A DNA stretch of 64,000 nucleotides from Octopus sinensis (taxonomy: Eukaryota): contig NC_043021.1 of assembly GCF_006345805.1 (NCBI RefSeq), positions 7,812,001 to 7,876,000 on the forward strand, given 5' to 3'. Position numbers and translations under genes: made by a program. The notes under the pieces are model-generated. The model was given only the letters and a program-made list of their open reading frames with translations, did not search any database and was not told the DNA's origin. Numbering within the stretch: position 1 is the first letter of the stretch; each line of letters begins with the position of its first letter. Shown here piece after piece: positions 52,316 to 64,000 of this stretch.

Positions 52316-52962
52316 TACTTTTCCACAAAAAATATTCATTAAAGGCGTACATACAATAGAAATGTGCTGCTTTTGCTGTTATAAGTAAAATAAAATGATT
52401 GCAGACACAAAAGTCCACATATGCTACATATTATTAGCTGTTAGCATTGTTATTAATGAGTAACCTTGAACGCATCAGCAAAAATAGACTAATGGTACTA
52501 ATGGCACAGAAATAGCCAATCAAAGAATTGTTCAGTTGTCATTCTTGCCAAAGCCATCATATCTTTGTAGTAAGTCTGGTAAGTATGCTGCTATGATGTA
52601 AAGTTGAAAAATGGGATTCTCATTTTAAAATAAGCAAAGGAGTTTGTGGAAGAACATGTAAGATTAAGCTACTTCACTCAACCGCATGAATAACTACAGC
52701 ACCAAGTGCTTGATAAAAATATCTTTCGGAAATAGGTGTTACTTTAAATATCCTGACTACTCTCAGAAAATGGGCAGTTTGCATATGTGGCAATGTAGTT
52801 ATAATTGGAGACAAAATAATATACAGGACTCACTCAAACATACATTATAACTGTGAATTTAGCTGAAAATACATTCATTATACTAAGTATATTCATAGTA
52901 CGTGAGTGCGTGTTACTGATATAAGATTTCTTGTGCTATGTTATCATAATACTTTTTTTTTT

Positions 52963-53358
52963 GTTTTTACTTATTTCAGTCATTTGACTGTGGCCATGCT
53001 GGAGCACCGCCTTTAGTCGAGCAAATCGACCCCAGGACTTATTTTTTGTAAGCCTAGTACTTATTCTATTGGTCTCTTTTGCTGAACCGCTAAGTTACAG
53101 GGATGCAAACACGCCAGCATCGGTTGTCAAGCGATGCTAGTGGTGGTGGTGGTGGGACAAACAGACATACAAACACACACATATATATACACATATATAC
53201 GATGGGCTCTTTCAGTTTCCGTCTACCAAATCCACTCACAAGGCTTTGGTTGGCTTGAGGCTATAGTAGAAGACACTTGCCCAAGGTGCCATGCAGTGGG
53301 ACTGAACCCGGAACCATGTGGTTGGTAAGCAAGCTACTTACCATACAGTCACTCCTGT
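52963..53358 (-). mobile_element. SINE family A, full length
   Basis: Homology to other A copies. Confidence 0.9.
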
Positions 53359-54159
53359 GCCTAACAATTATTTTTTCAAAGACACTTTACTACCTTTTTA
53401 TATCCTCTAGAACTTATAAAAAAATTTTATGGCTATTAGAAATGTCAAATCAACACTAAAGATTAAGAATTTAATTGAATGTGTACTAAATTTCTCCATT
53501 TCAAATGTCTTATATAAAAATAACTCTGCCATGAAGAAAATAGTCTGAGTGGTTAAGGTGAAGAACTTGTAACAAAAGTCACGAGCTTAAACTCCCACCA
53601 TATATTGTAATTGTATGTTATGACTCTAGGTAAAAACACACAGTGAAACTTATCAGGAAATATTTCTTATTTTCACTTGAGAATTCACAGCTGACTAGTT
53701 GACATTATGTAAAAATTCTGAGATTAAAATAATTACCATAAAATCACACAAATGTTGTGTGATCTGAATTAAGGCCAAAACTCTTAAATCCTCATGCAGT
53801 TTATACAAATATATCTGTAGGAAGGCATAACTACTATTACTTGCAAGCGAGTATGACCTAGTAACATGTGCCTTGCTCTTGCTAATTGTTTTAGGTGTAC
53901 CTATGTCATCACAAGTGAACACAGAAATTCACTTGGCTCTTCCATCCCTTGATACAGTGGAACACTGAAAATGTGATAGCTGAAAGGAGAAAGGACACAC
54001 TAGAGTGTTATTCCTTTTCAGCTTGTTATGAAAGAAAGAATAAAGTCGTAGCTACTGTGATAGTAAGTTGCACAATATTATTACAGTTTGGCAGGCAATC
54101 ATCTGCAGCAAATGGAAGAACTAATCTGATAAATATAATTTAAAATGATAAAATGGTAA

Positions 54160-54490
54160 AGACCCCACTTTGGTCATGAATGACCACGAGTCTGCACCTA
54201 GAAAATTCCCCTCCAAACTTAAAGTCCAGGCAAGGTTGTTTATGGAAGACCAGCAGTTGTCCATGCATACCAGTCTCCCTACTCCACACCACCAATGTTA
54301 TCCAAGGGAAAGGCAAAGACCAATACAGCTTGGCACCAGTGACGTTGCAACTCATTTCTACAGCTGAATGGACTGGAGTAATGTGAAATGAAGTGTCTTG
54401 CTTAAGAACACAACACACAGCCTGGTCTGGGAATCAGACTCACTATCTCATGATTGTGAGCCCAATGCTTTAATCACTGAACCTTGCAAC
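54160..54490 (-). mobile_element. SINE family G, older copy
   Basis: Homologous to 3390-3724. Confidence 0.8.
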
Positions 54491-55094
54491 TTCACAATTA
54501 GTAGTATCAATTTAAAATGATACTACTTGGAATATTTTTCTCTAGTTCTACAAGAGAAAATGGATAATGGATCCATGATTAATTCTAATGAGAAATAATG
54601 TTTAATCATCATGTGTTTGATTTAAAGCCTGCTGCATGTTTTTGGCATGCTTTTACTGAGATGGACTACATAAACTGGTGAGTGAATGCATGGTGGTTAG
54701 TTGACCAGGTGTGAAGCTGGGTGACAAAGTACTACAGTCAGTGTGAGCCCAGGTGACGAAGAACTACATTACAGAAGACATCCAGCCATGTATGACTACT
54801 TCTTCCTCTCTGGGCAAGTTGGCTTGCTTGGGCTGGTCCTGCAGTTTCCCAACTTAGTTGTTGGAGCTGTGTTGGTGTTGAGATGAAATGAAACTTTGCT
54901 CAAGAAAATAATACACTGCTCAGTCCAGAAATCAAACCCATAACCATGTGATTATGAACCTAACACTCTAAACATTAAGCCACACAACTTCTAGAAATAT
55001 CCAATCCCTCTTCTATGCTCTATGTAGAAAGCATCTTAACACTTGCCTGTTTTCTTAGTTTTTAAAAATGAATTGTTTAGTGATGAAGCCAGGA

Positions 55095-55530
55095 TAAGTA
55101 CATCTAGACTACTAGATGTCTTGCAAACAACTTGCATATGCAAGTGCTACCAGTCAAAAACTCCGTATACCGGAAGCCAGCAAGTCTATGGGGTCATCAG
55201 GAGAGAATACGCGTCGTTTCGGGGCCTACCTCTCGACGGCATCAATGCGCACCGGCCCTCCTCACTGATATGAGGCCCCGCTTGCTAGATCAGCTGGTTA
55301 TCAAATAAAGCTCAATATCCTTCTAGCCATCGCTCATCATCTCTTTTTAACCAAATCCAGTGGCTAGCCTTCTCCACTGTAGATTGGATATCGGTCATGG
55401 TGGTATTGACTTTACGATGAGTTAGGCCTAGCGATAACAACAGTCGTCCCATACTGTGTTCAACGAACCCGCTACATCTGACTTCGATTGCTAAACTAAG
55501 GTCTCCAGTTTGTAAAGCCTCAGTCAGAAT
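55095..55530 (-). mobile_element. 3' end of a HERO-like (R2 group, restriction-like endonuclease) non-LTR retrotransposon with 3' UTR
   Basis: Minus frame AIEVRCSGFVEHSMGRLLLSLGLTHRKVNTTMTDIQSTVEKASHWIWLKRDDERWLEGY* (stop 55312-55314) resembles the EVGCRGF...ASxWxWLKR end of HERO ORFs; CpG-rich. Confidence 0.75.
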
Positions 55531-56223
55531 AAGATGTGCAAATTAGAAAAATATATATATATAGAATTATCACCAACAGCATTAACAGAGCCGGGCATAT
55601 GTCTTGGAGTGATAGACACAGAAAAGACAGGAACACTTCTTTGGCTGTTAACAAGAAGAAACTTAACTAACATTAATGCCTTTATATTCTTTTCAGCTGA
55701 CTTGCTGCAGGAAAACTAACATCAATGTAGAAAGTATAAGAAGAGAAAAGAAATTAATAGAAATGTTAGAATCAAGTGAATTAACATGCAAATGAAAGTA
55801 TTTGTTGTTGTTTAGCCTTAGACTGCCCCTATGTTCAGAGGCATTACACCTGTAACAGCCATCACAGCTTTTTTTTAAGGGTATCTAGGACTAAATTGAC
55901 AGGGTCAAAATGTTAAATATACAAAAACATACATTTGTAGATACAAAGAAAGCAAGAGTCTTTAGATGTTTTCCACATGGAGCATAGGTGAGAGACTGAA
56001 TGTTTCTAGCTATTTCAATATATTTGTACAAAGGTCTAGTGATTAGGGTGTGGAGGCTCACAATCACAAGGTCATGGGTTCACTTCCTGGACTGGATAGT
56101 GCATTGCTTCCTTAAACAAGGTTTCATTTCACATTTCTCCATCTAAAAACGAGTATCTGCTCAGTGCCAGCGCAGTCATTTTTCCTTCTAGCTGTCACAC
56201 TACCAATTCAATTTTTAGTAAAA

Positions 56224-56617
56224 TTAAAAGCAACTTCATTGAAGCTGTTTGGCGACATCAAGCATTCAGCATGTGCTGTTTCCAAGATCTGTTTGTAGAG
56301 TATAATATCTGGAAAGAGAAATCTATGATACCTCCATGGTAGATGGAGAGAATAGATCCTAGACTGGTCTCAGTGTCAATCATAGGGAGAGAACTCAATG
56401 TTATGAAATGAGAAGGGTCAGAGTTAAAAGCAACTTCCTCGAAACTGTTTGATAACATTGAGCATTCAGCATGTACTGTTTCCAAGATCTGTCTGTAGAG
56501 GATGATACCTGGAAAGAGAAATCTATGACATTTCCATGGTAGATGGAGAGAATAGATCCTAGACTGGTCTCCATGTCAATCATGAGTAGAACTCAATGCT
56601 AGGAAATGAGAAGGGAT
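56224..56617. repeat. Tandem duplication, two 200-bp units, moderately diverged
   Basis: ttaaaagcaacttc at 56224 and 56424; shared ccatggtagatggagagaatagatcctagactggtctc. Confidence 0.92.
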
Positions 56618-56641
56618 AGAAGGAGAGAATATGTTTATGAT

Positions 56642-57038
56642 GTACTCTTTTACTTGTTTCAGTCATTTGACTGTGGCCATGCTGGAGCACCACCTTTAAT
56701 CGAGCAACTCGACCCCGGGACTTATTCTTTTGTAAGCCCAGTACTTATTCTATTGGTCTCTTTTGCCAAACCGCTAAGTAACGGGGACGTAAACACACCA
56801 GCATCGGTTGTCAAGCAATGCTAGGGGACAAACACAGACACACAAACATATACACACATACATATATATATATACGACAGGCTTCTTTCAGTTTTCGTCT
56901 ACCAAATCCACTCACAAGGCTTTGGTCGGCCCGAGGCTATAGTAGAAGACACTTACCCAAGGTGCCACGCAGTGGGACTGAACCTGGAACTATGTGGTTG
57001 GTAGACAAGCTACTTACCACACAGCCACTCCTGTGCCT
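56642..57038 (-). mobile_element. SINE family A, full length
   Basis: Homology to other A copies. Confidence 0.9.
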
Positions 57039-57727
57039 ATGTAGTGCATTTTGCTGCAAGCAAGTAACTTTCATTTTAAAAAAAAGAAAAGATATTATCT
57101 GATGTGTCCTTTATGCTCTTAATACAGAAGTACAAAAGGATTTGAAGGGTATTTAGCTGCTATTCCTAGCTCAAGTTGGCTCATATTGTTGGTTAGTTAT
57201 CAAATCAACTGTGATCAAGAGTGCTCTAGCCATGAACAGCTCTCATCTTATCATCTAAGACTACCTTTTACAATGTGCTCACGACTTTTTTTAATGATGA
57301 TTAGAAGTGACTTCCACAAGATTTGGTTGTTATTTCTGACAGGTCAAGCAACGATGAAGAGGTGGCCTCATTGGCACGAGTGTTTAAACAGTTTAACAGT
57401 ATCAACATTGTATTCTAATAATCAATAGAAAAACACTAGCAGACCACAAGGAGGATGCTAAAAGTAGAGTGAAAATTAGCAGTGTGCATTCACTCGAATG
57501 GCAACTAAGGAGGTTCTGTTCTCAGCTTCAGTTTCATTTTTGTTTCAAAGTCAGTCACAAATCAGTCCAAGAACAGATGCCGACTTGTCCCTTTTGTATG
57601 TTGATGACCTGGTTCTCAAAGCAGAAATTGTTAAGATCATTTGATCTTACAAAGTTCAATATAAAGGATATATAGCAGGATGAGAAATATAATTTTTTGT
57701 TGTTGTTTTTTTTTTAATATCTCTTTT

Positions 57728-58155
57728 TCTCCTTTACTTGTTTCAGTCATTTGACTGCGGACATGCTGGAGCACCGCCTTTAGTTGAGCAAATCGACCCC
57801 AGGACTTATTCTTTTGTAAGCCTAGTACTTATTCTATCGGTCTCCTTTGCCAAACCGCTAAGTTACGGGGATGTAAACACAAAGCGATATAAAAGTTACT
57901 GTCTCCTTGCTTTGACTTCTTGCAAAAGAATGTTACCAACATGCAAGCAGTGTCCTTCATTTCCAATCTTCTGCGAAAACATGTCTGGTCATGGAGAAAT
58001 ATTACCTTGCTTGGAAACAGATGAGGGTTGGTGACAGGAAGGACATCCAGCAATAAAAAATCCACCTCAATAAATTCTGTCTGACCCATGCAAGCATGGA
58101 AAAGTGAACATTAAACGACGATGATGATGATGCTGACAGTGATGATGATGATGAT
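57728..58155. mobile_element. Partial SINE A (57728-57882, -) joined to an F-type tail (57890-58155, +)
   Basis: Homology to A and F segments. Confidence 0.75.
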
Positions 58156-58188
58156 ATGATGACAATGATGATGATAGAAAAAAATTAC

Positions 58189-58296
58189 CTGGGTTCATAT
58201 CACAAATCCAGTTATGTGGAATCAACAATGGATCATGTACATCTTGTAACCATCTCCACTTATGGCAGTGCAACTGAGTACACTCCACCCAGGTGC
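58189..58296 (-). CDS. ZCWPW1: Coding exon, CW-type zinc finger ([G]TWVECTQLHCHKWRWLQDVHDPLLIPHNWICDMNP[D])
   Basis: 108 nt; acceptor ttattatag, donor G|gtaatt; classic CW pattern W-V-x-C..C-x-K-W-R..W-x-C-x-x-N; partly visible in ORF 58067..58288. Confidence 0.92.
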
Positions 58297-58407
58297 CTAT
58301 AATAATTAGGAGAAATAATTAAAATTAAAATATTAATTAAATTCATGAAAGACACTGCAGGAATGAATAACATGTGAGTCTTTAAACAAGAGGGAGAGAA
58401 AGCAGAG

Positions 58408-58536
<129 letters not shown>

Positions 58537-58568
58537 CCAAAGGAATTAATATATAAATCAACAATTAC

Positions 58569-58640
58569 CAGATTCATATATATTTCTTGCCTGCATGCAC
58601 TTTTTCTTGCAAGGTACTTTAGATTTATGAGGAATGGATC
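58569..58640 (-). CDS. ZCWPW1: Probable coding exon of ZCWPW1-like gene, just upstream of the zf-CW exon (..SIPHKSKVPCKKKCMQARNIYES[G])
   Basis: 72 nt; acceptor cttctcctttag, donor G|gtaatt; open in the frame that starts and ends in phase 1 and joins the next exon as ggc (G) before TWVEC. No domain motif of its own, so weaker than the other exons. Confidence 0.65.
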
Positions 58641-59117
58641 CTAAAGGAGAAGCACACTTTCAATATATTTAAAGGAAACAAATATCATATATACATGACA
58701 ATATCACACATATTCAAAGATAGCTTCGCAAAGACACAAGGTTAAGAGAATAATCATTTATTCATTTATTTAAACTAGATTTTCTTTTCTGTCTAACTTC
58801 CATCTCTCTCTCCCCTCCTCTTCCCTCTCTATTGACTTTCATCCTGCACAAAGGAGACATGGAATCTGCAAGCTGCAGTGGAAGGAAACCAACCCAGATG
58901 AGAAACAAATCTGAATAAAAATTGATACAGTGTCAAAGAGGCTCTTCTCTCGTGTTAGACAGCCTCTCTAGTGTGGGTGGCAAGATAAAAACTCATTCAG
59001 TTGATGCTGTATGATGGCTGATAACAAGAAGAGCATATATTTGTGAAATTAGGAAAAATAATCTCAAGAACGCGACAAACAAATCAATGTTAAACTCTTA
59101 ATTGCATATGCAAGATG

Positions 59118-59278
59118 TAGGCATGGTTGTGTGGTAAGTAGCTTGCTAACCAACAACATGGTTCTGGGTTCAGTCCCACTGCGTGGCATCTTGGGCAAGT
59201 GTCTTCTGCTATAGCCCCGGGCCGACCAATGCCTTGTGAGTGGATTTGGTAGACGGAAACTGAAAGAAGCCTGTTGTA

Positions 59279-59343
<65 letters not shown>

Positions 59344-59543
59344 ATGTGTTTGTGTGTCTGTGTTTGTCCCCCCTAGCATTGCTTGACAACTGATGCTGGT
59401 GTGTTTACGTCCCCGTAACTTAGCGGTTCGGCAAAAGAGACCGATAGAATAAGTACTGGGCTTACAAAGAATAAGTCGACTAAAGGCGGTGCTCCAGCAT
59501 AGCTGCAATCAAATGGCTGAAACAAGTAAAAGAGTAAAAAGAG
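59118..59543 (+). mobile_element. SINE family A, full length
   Basis: Homology to other A copies. Confidence 0.9.
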
Positions 59544-59807
59544 TAATATGCAAGATGTAGGCATGGCCGTGTGGTTAGGAGGTCTGCTGCCCAGCCACAT
59601 GATTTCAGGTTCATTCCCACAACATGGCACCTTGGACAAGTGTCTTCTTATTTCTTTATTGCCCACAAGGGTCTAAACACATAGGGTCAAACAAGCAGAT
59701 GTGTGCTGTGTTCAAAAGATAGAGAAGACCTTCAACCAGGCTCCTCAGATATAAATTCCTCTCGGTGAGTAACAGTTCTAGGGTTGGTAGAAAAGGCATA
59801 TTGTTTC

Positions 59808-60040
59808 TTATTTCTTTATTGCCCACAAGGGGCTAAACATCGAGGGGGACAAACAAAGACAGAGAAAGGAATTAAGTTGATTACATCGACCCCAGTGCAT
59901 AACTGGTACTTAATTTATCGACTCCGAAAGGCTAAAAGGCAAAGTCGACCTCGGCGGAATTTGAACTCAGAACATAACATCAGACGAAATACTGTTAAGC
60001 ATTTCGCCCGGTGTGCTAATGATTCTGCCAGCTCGCTGCC
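59808..60040 (-). mobile_element. SINE B1 monomer with gggcaataaagaaataagaaac terminal tail
   Basis: Homology to B1. Confidence 0.88.
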
Positions 60041-60399
60041 CTGCATATTATTGGCAACGCAATGAGCTAAGTAGACAGCTCATTTCTCCTTAGTTTCAGT
60101 TCCTGTGTGAAACACTTGGGGCAAATGTCTTCTACTAGAGTCCCAGCACAATCAATGCATTGCGAAAGAATTACTTGGAGAGAAACAGTAAGAAGCCCAT
60201 TGCATATACATAAATATACTTTGACAATTGTATACTACTGTTGCACATATCACATATGCTCACATGCATTTATATGCACTAGGTGTGTCTAGTGGTGAAA
60301 GTGTTGCGTTCATAATCACATGATAATGGTTTCAATTCATGGACCAGGTAGTGTGTTGTGTTCTTGAGCAAAATACTCCAGAGAGAGAAAGAGAGAAAG

Positions 60400-60431
<32 letters not shown>

Positions 60432-60775
60432 CACGCATGTGCATGTGTGTGTGTACAATCTGGCTACAAGCACTGACATCACTATTAGCAGCTCAGATGC
60501 AACTGGTGATGTTTGTTGATATTTTCTGTCAACAAATCATAAGCCAGCTCTTCTACACTTTCAAATTTCTCAAGATAAAAAAAAAAATACCCTTTACTTG
60601 AAAAACTGGTAAGAGTTGGCAGCAGTATCTCACTGTAAAAATCTTGTTTCAGTTACCTCTAGTCTTAGTCACACAAGCATGGATAAACAGACATTAACCC
60701 CTTGCAGAAGGATTCAGTACTGACAGTCTGTACTGTGTATTGGTATTAGGCTGTTCAGTAACTACAATATGCAGG

Positions 60776-61370
60776 GCGGTGAGCTGGCAGAATCATTAGC
60801 ACACCGGGCGAAATGCTTAGCAGTATTTCATCTGACATTATGTTCTGAGTTCAAATTCCACCGAGGTCGACTTTGCCTTTCAACCTTTCAGGGTTGATAA
60901 ATTAAGTACCAGTTACACACTGGGGTCGATGTAATCGACTTAATCCCTTTGTCTGTCTTTGTTCCCTCTATGTTTAGCCCCTTATGGGTAGTAAAGAAAT
61001 AGGTATTTCGTCTGCTGTTACGATCTGAGTTCAAATTCCACTGAGGTCGACTTTGCCTTTCATCCTTTCGGGGTTGATAAATTAAGTACCAGTGGAACAC
61101 TGGGGTCGATGTAATCGACTTAATCCCTTTGTCTGTCTTTGTTCCCTCTATGTTTAGCCCTTATGGGTAGTAAAGAAATAGGTATTTCGTCTGCTGTTAT
61201 GTTCTGAGTTCAAATTCCACCGAGGTCAACTTTGCTTTTCATCCTTTCGGGGTTGATAAATTAAGTACCAGTTACGCACTGGGGTCGATGTAATCGACTT
61301 AATCCCTTTGTCTGTCTTTGTTTGTTCCCCTCTATGTTTAGTCCCTTGTGGGCAATAAAGAAATAAGAAA
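60776..61370 (+). mobile_element. SINE B1 trimer: one full unit plus two head-less units (period 179 bp)
   Basis: Junction aaagaaatag|gtatttcgtctg at 61002/3 and 61181/2. Confidence 0.92.
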
Positions 61371-62144
61371 CAATATGCCTTTTCTACCAACTCTAGATAT
61401 ATAATTTTTCACACAAGGAATTTTAGAGTGCATTTACATATTCTTTTCAGTGTGGTATATTTGAAAACAGTGCTGCACAGAGCGAGACATTGCACTGCTC
61501 ACACACATAGTGTTTCAAAGTACTTAGTACCGTTTCCCATCTGCAAGAGGTTAAATGAAATGAAATGGAAAACAACCAGTAACAAGTTCCTCTCTCACTA
61601 GTAGTGGCAGTGTGCAGTATCTTGGACAAGACAGTTAACTAATCCTGGCATGTCTGGCAGTAGAGCATGTCAGTTAAAAGATAAACAGAGTTGATTGTGA
61701 AAAGCAGATTTCACTATAGGCTGATCTACAGTTTGATGGCATTATAGTGTAGAGAGTAAACCTTTTGAATGAAATTATGAAAGCCCACACATACAAAGAA
61801 AAATCAATTTTCAAGAAATTTCAGGATCAGGAACTCTATTCCTAAAGCAATCATAAAATATTTATAGTTTATTTTGTTCTATCAGATAATTTTATTCATT
61901 CAAAATGTTCCATAATCTAGCCATTCTATATTTGAAGGAAGATGTTGATGTGGTATTTAACATAAGGCTTGCTTTTCTTCTTTCTTTTTTTTTTTTTCTG
62001 GATAATAACTTTTCTAAAAGCTCTTAATTTCTAATAGCATTTTTATTTATTTATGTATTTCAGTCAAAGTTTCTATCAGGTAAACCAACATAAAAATTTA
62101 CAGTTTTTCAGGAAATGTATATAACTTAATCAGAACCACATGAT

Positions 62145-62256
62145 TCTGTGTTCAGTCCTATTTCATGGTACCATGATCAAGTGTCTTCTACTATGATCCT
62201 GGGGCTGACCAAAGCTTTGTGAGTGGATTTGGTAGACAGAAACTGAAAGAAGCCTG

Positions 62257-62295
<39 letters not shown>

Positions 62296-62995
62296 CGCAG
62301 GAGTGGCTGTGTGGTAAGTAGCTTGCTTACGAACCACATGGTTCCGGGTTCAGTCCCACTGCGTGGCACTTTGGGCAAGTGTCTTCTACTATAGCCTCGG
62401 GCCGACCAAAGCCTTGTGGGTGGATTTGGTAGACGGAAACTGAAAGAAGCCCGTCGTATATATGTATATATATATATATATATATGTGCGTGTGTGTGTT
62501 TGTGTGTCTGTGTTTGTCTCCCTAGCATTGCTTGACAACCGATGCTGGTGTGTTTATGTCCCCGTTACTTAGCGGTTCGGCAAAAGAGACTGATAGAATA
62601 AGTACTGGGCTTACAAAAGAATAAGTCCCGGGGTCGAGTTGCTTGATTAAAGGCGGTGCTCCAGCATGGCCGCAGTCAAATGACTGAAACAAGTAAAAGA
62701 GTAAAGAGTAAGAGTATATATATATATATATATATATATATGCATATGTGTGTGTATGTGCGTGCATGTATATGTTTGTATAGTATATCCGTGTGTGTAT
62801 CTCTGTGTGTTTTTCCCCCACCACCACTTGACAACCGGTGTTATTTACATCTCTACAACTTAGCGATTCATTAAAAGAGATTGATAGAATAAGTATCAGG
62901 CTTAAAAAAATATTCACTGGGGTCAATCTGTTTGACTAAACGCTTCATGGCAGTGCCCCAGCTTGGCTGCAGTCCAATGACTGAAACAAGTAAAG
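62145..62995 (+). mobile_element. Old SINE A with a young SINE A (62294-62712) inserted in its internal (TA)n
   Basis: Host halves 62145-62270 and 62713-62995 rejoin into one A-type element. Confidence 0.82.
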
Positions 62996-63814
62996 AAAAA
63001 AAAATACAAAAAAAAACCTCTTCCCATCGGTTGTCAGTAATAATAATGCCAGTAATGGTTTTGTTTACAGCCTAAAATGGAGGTGGAGTAATATATTAAT
63101 CTGATTATCATACCTGAACCACCCATGTAATTGTTATATAAAGATATAATCTTACATAGAGAAAAAGGAAAAAATTTTTCATTCTTGTTTATCCAGCTCA
63201 TTCATAATAATTTTGAGTTGTTAAACGTGTATGTGTTTGTGCACTTCATTATCTATATAAAAAAATAAGCTTGTTTACACACTTTTTCTGATATGTTTAA
63301 ATATGCAGGTACATGTCAAGAGAAAACTGGTGGTTTATTTCTCATGATCTACAGAAATCATGCTAGATGAATGAACTTAAGCAACTAGGATCTTTTTACA
63401 TGCAAAGTTGTCACAAAGAAATTAATATATTCAGACAGAAGAAAACATCTATTTCCTGATATAAAATTGTTTTGATCTCAAAGGCATGACCCATGATCTG
63501 TTTTGGGAAATAGCTTTTACTTTCTACAACAGTGGAATTAAAGCTTTTGGCTCCTCCAAAATTACCCCTCAAAGAAGAAATATTTATAATTTTAATCCAT
63601 TAAATAAATAATCATGTTCATTATTTTCCAACACCTAGCCAATGAAAAATACCCTAAAACATACCTACCACGCAACCACTACTGCACCTTATATATCCAA
63701 ATAAAAGAAATATTGCCTTTGATTTGCCAACAACAAATTAAGATGTAATCCAAAATATCATTTTGCTATAAGACTTAATAATAATGCTTGAAGTATATTA
63801 TATTAGTAATTACA

Positions 63815-64000
63815 AATTTTGACACAAGGCCAACAGTTTCAGGGGAGAGGAGTAAGTTGATTACATAGATCCCAGTTAATAAAGTAAGTACCAGCCTGAC
63901 CGGTACTTACTTACAAAGGATGAAAGGCAAAGTCAGCCTGAGCAGAATTTGAACTCAGAACATGAAGACACGCAAAATGCAGATAAACATTTTGCCTGGA
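63815..64000 (-). mobile_element. SINE B2, old, runs off the window end
   Basis: ggatgaaaggcaaagtcagcctgagcagaatttgaactcagaa core. Confidence 0.75.

Overview
AT-rich, repeat-saturated eukaryotic DNA. The SINE families point to an octopod cephalopod, probably Octopus (inference from recalled repeat sequences, not a database hit). The ORF track contains no real full-length gene: almost all listed ORFs are read-throughs of SINEs, LINE fragments or microsatellites. Reading the minus strand for spliced exons shows six in-frame GT-AG exons of 72-115 nt between 58640 and 17673, separated by introns of 0.3-16 kb. They join into a zf-CW + PWWP protein fragment (SIPHKSKVPCKKKCMQARNIYESGTWVECTQLHCHKWRWLQDVHDPLLIPHNWICDMNPDATQNDCSIPEIDYCDEEFIFTRYTEGSLVWARVEGYPWWPAMVEIDPDYTSYFEFEEEDSMYPASYHVVFFGKKVSRAWVPLACVKPFETSDSPPASHENVKYSLTDQRTEAIKSANEAMKFDLK) that best fits ZCWPW1, the reader in the PRDM9 recombination pathway. 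Its first and last exons were not securely found. The introns and flanks hold dozens of tRNA-derived SINEs built from swappable modules (labelled A, B, C, F and G here for convenience), RTE, BovB-like, HERO-like and Dong/R4-like LINE fragments, mariner, pogo-like and TTAA (piggyBac-like) DNA elements, head-less SINE multimers, long inverted repeats (one made of minimal hammerhead-ribozyme-like motifs with a CCGA core) and many microsatellites. Repeat boundaries are approximate; exon boundaries were counted base by base.
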